Positions 56,986 to 64,000 of a DNA stretch of 64,000 bases are shown here, piece after piece. The stretch covers positions 1,472,001 through 1,536,000 of the forward strand of contig CAWHFW010000005.1 of NCBI GenBank assembly GCA_963828735.1, given 5' to 3'. The first letter of the stretch is position 1. Every line of letters begins with the position of its first letter. The position numbers and the translations under genes are program-made. The stretch comes from an uncultured Gemmatimonadales bacterium (lineage in GTDB: Bacteria; Gemmatimonadota; Gemmatimonadetes; Gemmatimonadales; GWC2-71-9). The notes under the pieces were generated by a model. The model saw nothing but the letters and a program-made list of their open reading frames with translations. It was not told the origin of the DNA and did not search any database.

Positions 56986-57210
56986 TTCGTACCACACTAT
57001 TGGTGCGAATATGTTCAAGTCAATACAATTTGCCTACTTGCAGCGATGAGTATCGGGGATTGAGCTACCCCAGGACATGATAAGTAGTAGTTATACATAC
57101 TACCCTTACCTGCAGCGCTCTTCTAGCCGGCAATCCGCCCAACCCGCATATTGGCATACGTATCCTCCGAGCCGCAGGCTCAACGGCTTCCGCGGAAAGG
57201 CTTTCTTCTC

Positions 57211-57783
57211 ATGACGATCCATCGCATTCGCCTCCTGGGCGACCCGATCCTTCGAGCCAGGTGCGAGCCCATCACGAAACCGCGCTCTACCGCGGTCCGG
57301 GTCATCCTCGATGACATGCGGGAGACCCTGCGAGACTGGCAGTCCCGCTTCGGAAGCGGGCGGGCCATCGCCGCACCTCAGATCGGTGCGCCGGTCCGGA
57401 TGGTGTACTGCGAAATGGATCAGCCGTGGGCGCTTATCAACCCGGAAATCGTGGACATCGGGAACGAGGACTTCGAGGTCTGGGACGATTGCTTCTCGTT
57501 TCCAAACCTGCTCGTGCGAGTGTCTCGGGCCTATCGGGTACGAGTGCGCTATCAGGATACGAAGGGCGAATTCCACGAGGTGGACCTGGAGGGAGACCGC
57601 GCCGAGCTGCTGCAGCACGAGATCGACCACCTCGATGGCGTCCTCGCGGTGGACCGGCCGCAGGGCCTCGATCCGTTCTGCCTGCGTGAGGAATGGCATC
57701 GGCTGCACGGGCCCGATGGCCGATACGGTCCGCCGGAGGATCGGAACACCAGTTACGCCACGCCGCTGACGGGCCTGATCTAG
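57211..57783 (+). CDS. def: Peptide deformylase (divergent motifs)
   Basis: LGDPILR, AIAAPQIG, LINPEI, DDCFS and QHEIDHLDG. Confidence 0.85.
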   Translation: MTIHRIRLLGDPILRARCEPITKPRSTAVRVILDDMRETLRDWQSRFGSGRAIAAPQIGAPVRMVYCEMDQPWALINPEIVDIGNEDFEVWDDCFSFPNLLVRVSRAYRVRVRYQDTKGEFHEVDLEGDRAELLQHEIDHLDGVLAVDRPQGLDPFCLREEWHRLHGPDGRYGPPEDRNTSYATPLTGLI

Positions 57784-57786
57784 AGG

Positions 57787-59862
57787 CTAGAACCAGCGCC
57801 CTAGCCGGACGAACAAGGCGCTCCTTCCCCGGAGCGCCCATCCGTACTCGAACCGCACCGGTCCCACCGGTGTATCGGCGCCCAGGCCAGCGCGCACGCC
57901 CGCAGTCCACCCTCCTCCGGCGAACCTCGACGACTTGGCGTCCGTTCCGCCCGTGGCCAGCTCGAGCCGGGCAAGCAGTGGGCCCTTCACGGGCACGGTG
58001 AAGAGGAAACCCACCATCGCCTCCCGGTCGCCCCGACGCTCGCCCAGATGGTACCCCGGAAATCCGTCGTCGCCACCGAGCGGAAAGCCGAGCTGCAACG
58101 GCAGTCCATTTCCCCACCCCAACCGCAGCCTGGGTGTGAGCCGCACCACGCCGACGCGTGTGACCAGGCTCCCCTCGAAGGCAAGCTGCTGATACATGCC
58201 GGTCCACCGGGCATCCGCCTGCATCACGCGACCGCGTTGCCGGGTGGCCGCGGTCAATCGGGCGGCAGCGCCGATGGTCGAGCGGTTGGCTCGGTCAGGC
58301 TCGTCCCAGGTCCGGCCTTCAATTCCCACAGCGAGATCCCACCCGAATCCCAACGGCCGCTCGATGCCCGCGAAGCCGATGGCCTCGCGGGTAACCGCCT
58401 CGTCGAGCTCGTCGCCGTCCTGGTCAAACTGCCGCACGTCCTCATTCGCCAGGCGGACGGTGAGCGTCGGCTGAAACAGTTGGCGGCCGACCTGATAGTT
58501 GCGGCGCAATCCGGCGAGGAGCTCGCGACGGAGCTCACCGAGAAAGAGCGCCCCGCTTCCTTCGAGCGCGCGGCCCAGAACCCGCCGATCCACCACCCCC
58601 GCCCACATCCGTCCACCGAGCTCGTTGTCGTACGCCAGACCGAGCCCGGCGACACGACGCGCGGCCCGCCGCAGGGTCAGCTGGAAACGGACCGAGTCCC
58701 CCGCTCCGCTGGGCGCGAGCCAGACCGACTCGTAGGCTTCCGATGTGGTGGCAAGCGTTCGCACCCGCCGCAGCAGCAGGTCGTAGTCGAGCGTATCGCG
58801 CTCCTTGCCGGGATCGAACCCCAGCAGGCGCCGCAGCGCGAGCTGCTCGGAGGCGTTGGCGCTGTCGAACCCCACGCCGACCAGCCGAGTCGGGAGCACG
58901 CGTGGTGCGGCGTCAGGGCCCGACGGGGGACATTGGAGTCTTGGCAGGACGGAATCGGCGGCGCGCAGTCCATTGTCGAGCAGCCGAGCGATGCTCCCGG
59001 GAGAGAAGTTGAGGCTGGTGAAGCCCTCGACATCGGGCCGGATCAGCAGATCACTCCCGGTCAGGGAATCCATCCGCTGCTGGAAGAGAAACTGCACCAG
59101 CCGATCGGCCACGAGGAGCGGGGTGTAAGCGCCGAGCGAATCGGACGGATGCTCGGTGGCGTCGACCACGATGACTCGCTCCGCCCCTTCCGCGCGCGCG
59201 ATCGACACCGGGATGTTCGCGGACAGGCCGCCGTCGGTCAGGAACCGACCTTCTCGCCGCTCGGGGGCGAAGAGCAGAGGCACTGCGGCGCTGGCGCGGA
59301 CGGCCTGCGCCAGGTCGCCGGACCGCATCACCACCACTTCGCGATGCCCGAGATCCGTGGCGACGGCCCGAAACGGGATCGGAAGGGAGTCGAAATCCCC
59401 GCGGGCGAGCAGGTTCCCGCGGAGCATCGCGGCGTTCACCAGGGCGTTTGCCTCCGCTTCGACGACCGAGGCGCTCTGCACGGCGAAGCCTCGCTCGCCC
59501 TGTTCCCACACGACGAGCGGTTGAAGGATGCCTAGGGATCGCGGGGCGAGCGGCTGGTACGTGCGGAAGAGCGAAGCCAACGGGACGATGCGCACGAGCG
59601 AGTCGAGCTCACGCCCGGAGTAACCGCTGGCGTACAGTGCGCCGACGACCGCGCCCATGCTGGTCCCGACCACCAGGTCCGGGCGAATGCCCAAACTGTC
59701 CAGCACGCGAAGCGTGCCGATGTGGGCGATGCCCTTGGCGCCACCGCCGGAAAGCACGAGTGCGGTGCGGGGCGAGTCGCATTGCTGAGCGAGAAGTTCG
59801 GAGCCGGCCGGCAAGCAGATGACGGCAGCCAGCGTGAGTGCCAGGCGATGGCGGGGAAGCAT
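57787..59862 (-). CDS. Patatin-like phospholipase with C-terminal outer-membrane beta-barrel (PlpD-like)
   Basis: Signal peptide; [13 protein letters not shown] and DGG; amphipathic beta strands ending [11 protein letters not shown]...LGRWF. Confidence 0.82.
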   Translation of the reverse strand: MLPRHRLALTLAAVICLPAGSELLAQQCDSPRTALVLSGGGAKGIAHIGTLRVLDSLGIRPDLVVGTSMGAVVGALYASGYSGRELDSLVRIVPLASLFRTYQPLAPRSLGILQPLVVWEQGERGFAVQSASVVEAEANALVNAAMLRGNLLARGDFDSLPIPFRAVATDLGHREVVVMRSGDLAQAVRASAAVPLLFAPERREGRFLTDGGLSANIPVSIARAEGAERVIVVDATEHPSDSLGAYTPLLVADRLVQFLFQQRMDSLTGSDLLIRPDVEGFTSLNFSPGSIARLLDNGLRAADSVLPRLQCPPSGPDAAPRVLPTRLVGVGFDSANASEQLALRRLLGFDPGKERDTLDYDLLLRRVRTLATTSEAYESVWLAPSGAGDSVRFQLTLRRAARRVAGLGLAYDNELGGRMWAGVVDRRVLGRALEGSGALFLGELRRELLAGLRRNYQVGRQLFQPTLTVRLANEDVRQFDQDGDELDEAVTREAIGFAGIERPLGFGWDLAVGIEGRTWDEPDRANRSTIGAAARLTAATRQRGRVMQADARWTGMYQQLAFEGSLVTRVGVVRLTPRLRLGWGNGLPLQLGFPLGGDDGFPGYHLGERRGDREAMVGFLFTVPVKGPLLARLELATGGTDAKSSRFAGGGWTAGVRAGLGADTPVGPVRFEYGWALRGRSALFVRLGRWF

Positions 59863-59979
59863 CGAACGGAAGATATCACGCCCCTTGCGCCACCCCACAC
59901 ACCTTCGTATACCTACTCGAACGTGCGCCTTGGTTCGTCGCACGGGGTCGAATCGGATACCACCGGAGGAATGGCCGCA

Positions 59980-60243
59980 ATGACGTATGTGATCGTCGAG
60001 GCATGCATCGGGATCAAGGACCGCGCCTGCGTGGACGTCTGCCCGGTGGACTGCATCTACGAGGGCGAGGATCAGCTGTACATCCACCCCGACGAGTGCA
60101 TCGATTGCGGCGCCTGCGAGCCCGAGTGTCCCGTCACGGCCATCTTTCCCGAAGAGGACGTGCCGCCGAACATGACCTCGTTCGTCGAGAAGAATCGCGA
60201 GGTCTTCAACAGCGATACTCCGCCGGGTCGGCCGAAGCGGTAA
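59980..60243 (+). CDS. 7Fe (3Fe-4S/4Fe-4S) ferredoxin
   Basis: C-x7-C-x3-CP and [21 protein letters not shown]. Confidence 0.93.
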   Translation: MTYVIVEACIGIKDRACVDVCPVDCIYEGEDQLYIHPDECIDCGACEPECPVTAIFPEEDVPPNMTSFVEKNREVFNSDTPPGRPKR

Positions 60244-60265
60244 GTCGGACGCCATGGAGACGTTC

Positions 60266-60294
60266 AAAGGGAGCTCGGTCCACGAGCTCCCTTT
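60266..60294. terminator. Intrinsic terminator hairpin, probably bidirectional
   Basis: AAAGGGAGCTCG-GTCCA-CGAGCTCCCTTT, a perfect 12-bp stem between convergent genes. Confidence 0.8.
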
Positions 60295-60304
60295 CGTCGT
60301 TTCA

Positions 60305-60430
60305 GCCCCACTGCCGTCATTCTTGGTCCAGCGACTTTCGACCACCTGATGAGTAAGGAGAGTGGCCCCGGGATCGTACTGCCTGGCCGCGACCCCGGAG
60401 CCGATATGGAAGGACAAACAGCGGGGACGC
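60305..60430. ncRNA. Candidate structured small RNA (possibly 6S-like; strand uncertain)
   Basis: Minus-strand ends pair (CCCCGCTGTTTGTC / GACGGCAGTGGGG) around internal hairpins CCGGGGTCG/CGATCCCGG and CCAC/GTGG. Confidence 0.3.
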
Positions 60431-60483
60431 AGAGAAAGCCCGCCCGCCGCCGACCACACAACGCCCTGCTGGCGCAAAAGGTT

Positions 60484-61692
60484 TCAGCCAACCACCCGGA
60501 GGAAGTCCAGAATGGCCGCGGTGGTCTCCGAGGGCTTCTCGACGGGCGGGACATGGGCCGCTCCCGAGATGACGACCAGCCGGGCGCCCGGAATGGCCGC
60601 TGCCATGCGGCGAGCCCCGTCGGGCGGCGTCAAACTGTCGTCTTCGCCGACGATGACGAGTGTGGGCAGACCGGCCAACGTCGGCAGAAGCCCCGTGTTG
60701 TCATGCCGATCACGCATCGCGGCCAAGGCCCCGACCATCCCCGCGACTGGCGTCGCGGCCATGATCCGACGCATGCGCTCCACGATCCCCGGCGCGGAGT
60801 CGAGGGTGGTCGTCGAGAGGACCTTCGGAAGCATCGCGTCGGCCACGGCGTCGGCGCCGCTTTCACGGGCGGTCGCCGCCGCTCCGTCCCGAGCGCGGCG
60901 TGCTTCCGCGCCGTCGGCTTCGGCCCGCGTATCGACCAGGATCAGGGCGCGGACCCGATCGCGCCAGCGACGGAGGAACTCGAAGATGACGTACCCGCCC
61001 ATGGAGAGCCCGCAGAGCACCACGTCCTCCACGCCGAGCGCATCGAGGAGAGCGGCGAGGTCATCGGCATAGATCGCCATGCCGTAGCCGAGGTCGGGCG
61101 CGTCGGACTCTCCCATGCCGCGGAGGTCGGGGGCGATTCGGCGGTAGCCCTCCAGCGCTTCGATCTGGTCCTGCCAGATGGTCCGGTCGAACGGATAGCC
61201 GTGAACGAACAAGATGGCCGGGCCGTCACCCCGAATCTCGACGGCGAGGCTCACGCCGTTCACCGTGAGTCGTTGCGCGCCGCCCGCCGCGCGTCGGGCG
61301 TGCATGAACTCGCCGAACTCGGTGGGGACGGGAATTGGCCGGCCCTCGCGGTTGACGCAGACGAATACGAATTCTGCTGTCGCGATCAGGACGTCGTCCT
61401 TCACTCGTCGCGCCGTCTGCCGCATGGTGAAGCTGGTCCGGCCGTGGTGGGTGAGCGTCTGATGGAACCGGAGGACGTCGCCCGGAAACGCCGCCGCGTG
61501 GTAGTCGATGACAGTCTTGCGAACCGCCGGCCACGCGCCGGCGCGGGTGAAGACATCCATGCCGGGGCCCCGGGCCAGCATCTCCCATCGCGCCCGCTCG
61601 AACAGACTCAGGAACGAGGCCTGGTTCAGGTGCCCGAACACGTCGCATTCGTCCGGATAGACGACCAGATCGACTTCGCTGGGGTGGGACAT
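60484..61692 (-). CDS. Fusion of a hot-dog acyl-CoA thioesterase and an alpha/beta hydrolase
   Basis: N-terminal D.FGHLN...E.AR (YbgC/4HBT-like); C-terminal HGYP, PDLRG.G.S, GLSMGG, GEDD and AAH. Confidence 0.85.
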   Translation of the reverse strand: MSHPSEVDLVVYPDECDVFGHLNQASFLSLFERARWEMLARGPGMDVFTRAGAWPAVRKTVIDYHAAAFPGDVLRFHQTLTHHGRTSFTMRQTARRVKDDVLIATAEFVFVCVNREGRPIPVPTEFGEFMHARRAAGGAQRLTVNGVSLAVEIRGDGPAILFVHGYPFDRTIWQDQIEALEGYRRIAPDLRGMGESDAPDLGYGMAIYADDLAALLDALGVEDVVLCGLSMGGYVIFEFLRRWRDRVRALILVDTRAEADGAEARRARDGAAATARESGADAVADAMLPKVLSTTTLDSAPGIVERMRRIMAATPVAGMVGALAAMRDRHDNTGLLPTLAGLPTLVIVGEDDSLTPPDGARRMAAAIPGARLVVISGAAHVPPVEKPSETTAAILDFLRVVG

Positions 61693-61838
61693 GACAAAAG
61701 ATAGGTGAACCGGATCGCCAGGCGGAGGGAGCGACGCGGGTGCACGACCAGCGAAAACCCGGTCGCGCGGCTACACTTCCGGCGACCGCCCGGAGATTCG
61801 TCTCCGGATCTTCGACCCTCCCTGTCCCTTTCGTTCCC

Positions 61839-62009
61839 ATGAAGCCTGCCACCGACTACATCCGGCACGCCGCCAAGCTCGCACGCAAGCTCCAGATGGA
61901 CGCGGCGATGGGCGGCGCCCCCCAGCCCGACGCGGAGTTCTTCAAGGTGCTCTCGAAAGCGCTCGACGAGATCGCGGCAGGGCTGGAACTGGTCTCGCGG
62001 TCCGAGTGA
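61839..62009 (+). CDS. Small hypothetical protein (56 aa)
   Basis: Plausible helical sequence with GC-rich third codon positions; GTGA overlap with rnd. Confidence 0.55.
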   Translation: MKPATDYIRHAAKLARKLQMDAAMGGAPQPDAEFFKVLSKALDEIAAGLELVSRSE

Positions 62010-63175
62010 GCGCCACCGTCCCGCTCATCCAGTCGCAGCCGGAGCTCGAGGCCCTGTTTGAGCGCCTCCGGCGGGAGCCCCTGCTGGCCGTGGATACCGA
62101 GGCGGCGAGCTTCCACCGATTCACCGACCGCGTCTATCTCCTCCAGGTGAGCTCGCGGACCGAAACCGCGATCGTCGATCCGCTGTCGGTCGACGCCCTC
62201 GCACCGCTGGGCGAGGTCCTGGCCGACCCGAATGTCGAGATCGTGTTTCACGACGCGGACTATGACCTTCGGCTGCTCGACCACGAGTACGGTTTTCACG
62301 CCACGGGCGTGTTCGACACCCGCATCGCGGCTCAGCTTCTCAACGAGCCTGGAATCGGCCTGGCCGCGCTGCTCGAGAAGTATCTGGGCATCCGGCTGGA
62401 CAAGCGCTTTCAGCGCGCCGATTGGTCGGCGCGCCCGCTTTCGCCGGAAATGCTCGAGTACGCCGCTTCAGACACGCGCCACCTTCCCGAGCTGCGTGAC
62501 ATCCTCCGATCGGGCCTCGAGGCGAAAAGCCGCCTGGGGTGGGCCATGGAGGAGTTCGCCCTGCTCGATGACCTCCGCTGGGGGCCGGCCGATGGGGAGC
62601 CGGGATTCCTGAGGCTCAAAGGTGCCAAGGCACTGAAGGGACGAGAGCTCGCCGTGCTGCGGGAGCTCTTCAGTTGGCGGGAGGGGGTGGCCCAGCGGAC
62701 CGACCGTGCCACATTCAGGATCATGAACAACGAGCCGCTGCTGGCGATGGCCAAGAACCCCCCGACGGACGTCGCCGCATTAAAGGCGATTCCGGGTATC
62801 AGCGCGGACCAGGCCGAGCGGCGCGGGCGGGACATCCTGGCTGCGGTAAAGCGCGCCCTCGAAATCCCTGACTGGGATGTGCCTCGCTTGGAGCGGACGC
62901 CTCGACGCGCGCACGATCCGGCTTTCGAGGCGCGGCTGGAGCGCCTCAAGGTGGCCCGGAACCGGCTCGCTACCGAGTTCGACCTTCAGCCCGGCGTGTT
63001 GTGCCCCAACGGGACGCTTGAGGCGATCGCCCGGGCGAACCCGGCGACGGTGGAGGACCTCGGGCGGCTTCCCGAGCTCCGACGGTGGCAACTTCGAGAG
63101 CTCGGCGGTGAGTTACTGGCGGCGGCGAAGGATGCTGTTGGACTGGCGACTCAAGAAGCCCAAAGCGGCGCTTGA
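62006..63175 (+). CDS. rnd: Ribonuclease D (DEDD exonuclease with HRDC)
   Basis: AVDTE, FHDADYD, FDT.IAA, DWS.RPL...L.YAA.D and L..WRE..A. Confidence 0.92.
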   Translation: MSATVPLIQSQPELEALFERLRREPLLAVDTEAASFHRFTDRVYLLQVSSRTETAIVDPLSVDALAPLGEVLADPNVEIVFHDADYDLRLLDHEYGFHATGVFDTRIAAQLLNEPGIGLAALLEKYLGIRLDKRFQRADWSARPLSPEMLEYAASDTRHLPELRDILRSGLEAKSRLGWAMEEFALLDDLRWGPADGEPGFLRLKGAKALKGRELAVLRELFSWREGVAQRTDRATFRIMNNEPLLAMAKNPPTDVAALKAIPGISADQAERRGRDILAAVKRALEIPDWDVPRLERTPRRAHDPAFEARLERLKVARNRLATEFDLQPGVLCPNGTLEAIARANPATVEDLGRLPELRRWQLRELGGELLAAAKDAVGLATQEAQSGA

Positions 63176-63263
63176 TTCCAAATCATTATTCTGCAGGCGT
63201 TTACTATCGCAGCGTCACAAGTGGCTAATTAGTGTCTTTATGCTGCTGCCTTCATGATGCTTC

Positions 63264-63596
63264 TCAGAACCCCAGGAATGCGCGCACCCGGGGATCCATC
63301 TTGTCCGGCGTCCAGTAGGGCTCCCAAACCAGCTCCACGTCCACCGATTCCACGCCTTCCATGTCGGTCAGCACACGCTTCACGTCGTCGATGATCTCGG
63401 TTCCGGCGGGGCAGCCCGGGCTGGTCAAGGTCATCTTCACGTGCACCCCGCCCGACTCGTTGACCTCAACGCCGTAGATCAGCCCGATGTCGATGATGTT
63501 CAGGTTGAGCTCGGGATCCTTCACAGCGCGTAGCGCCTTGCGAACGGAATCCGGCGTCGGGGCGGGGACGGTCGCGTCCGGCAGCGTGTCGGCCAT
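63264..63596 (-). CDS. DUF59/SufT metal-sulfur cluster assembly factor
   Basis: V.DPEL..NI.D.GLIY, MTLTSPGCP and VWEPYW. Confidence 0.92.
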   Translation of the reverse strand: MADTLPDATVPAPTPDSVRKALRAVKDPELNLNIIDIGLIYGVEVNESGGVHVKMTLTSPGCPAGTEIIDDVKRVLTDMEGVESVDVELVWEPYWTPDKMDPRVRAFLGF

Positions 63597-63676
63597 ACCA
63601 GTATCCTAACAGCTTCATCACAGCCTGCCACCACCGAGCGGCTGGGACCTCGGGACCGGAAGCGAGCCGCGGGTGG

Positions 63677-64000
63677 TCAGCAGCTCGCCACCAACTCCTG
63701 CTTGCATGCGTGCGGGACGAGCCGGACCGTCGCATCGCTGAGCGCTGCCCGCACGACCTTCAGCTCCTTGGCGGACTCCCTCACGCGCGGGTCGAAGGCC
63801 CGGTTGGTCAGGAAGACCAGGAAGAGGTCTCGGGTCGGGTCAACCCAGAGCTCGGTACCCGTGAAGCCGGTGTGGCCGTAGGAGGCATCGCTCACGAGGG
63901 TCCCGAAGACACTGGGCTCGTCAGGCTTGGCCCCGGGCGTATCCCAGCCGAGGAGGCGGGAGCCGCTTCGAGGCCCCTTCACGAGAAACCGGCGGATGGT
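63677..64000 (-). CDS. C-terminal part of a serine hydrolase (beta-lactamase/AmpC-like family), truncated by the window
   Basis: LGWD, YGHTGFTGT.LWVDP and LTNR; frame is open to the window edge. Confidence 0.85.
   Translation of the reverse strand, partial: TIRRFLVKGPRSGSRLLGWDTPGAKPDEPSVFGTLVSDASYGHTGFTGTELWVDPTRDLFLVFLTNRAFDPRVRESAKELKVVRAALSDATVRLVPHACKQELVASC

Noticed and set aside
60347..60354. CTGATGAG resembling the hammerhead ribozyme core
   Set aside because: No properly placed GAAA element or stem II follows on the same strand.
59863..60477. N-terminal extension of the patatin ORF to 60477
   Set aside because: It runs antisense across the ferredoxin gene; the signal peptide and a -10 box point to a start at 59862.
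1..64000. CRISPR arrays, IS/transposases, integrases, prophage genes, rRNA
   Set aside because: No regularly spaced direct repeats or recognisable mobile-element or rRNA sequence was seen by eye.

Overview
GC-rich, gene-dense bacterial chromosomal segment; gene content is reminiscent of Gemmatimonadota, but that is an inference. It is probably origin-proximal, since it carries mnmG, two parS sites and parA-parB. Contents in order: a truncated beta-helix protein and a Tat two-domain multicopper oxidase; a sigma54-driven lipoprotein/enhancer-binding protein/lipoprotein/TPR cassette; an EF-G paralogue; a metal-homeostasis block (TolC-MFP-CzcA/CusA RND, TonB-dependent receptor, copZ-cupredoxin-copA-csoR); a PLP enzyme/LOG/deoxyhypusine synthase-like/MFS operon; ndh-queG; a nucleoside-type ABC operon; parAB-M23-bactofilin; a sufR-BCDSU-brx operon; def; a patatin beta-barrel protein; ferredoxins; RNase D. 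The best finding is a pair of short secretory leader ORFs with Cys/His motifs and a C-terminal RAPP arrest motif, one before the RND exporter and one before the TonB-dependent receptor. In both, the RAPP-coding region is complementary to the Shine-Dalgarno of the downstream gene, which suggests twin ribosome-stalling metal switches. Also seen are a recurring 25-bp palindromic intergenic motif (twice beside sigma54 promoters), apparently widespread leaderless genes, and several single-codon changes at conserved metal/proton residues. No rRNA, intact tRNA, CRISPR array or transposase was recognised. All calls are by eye; no database search was run.
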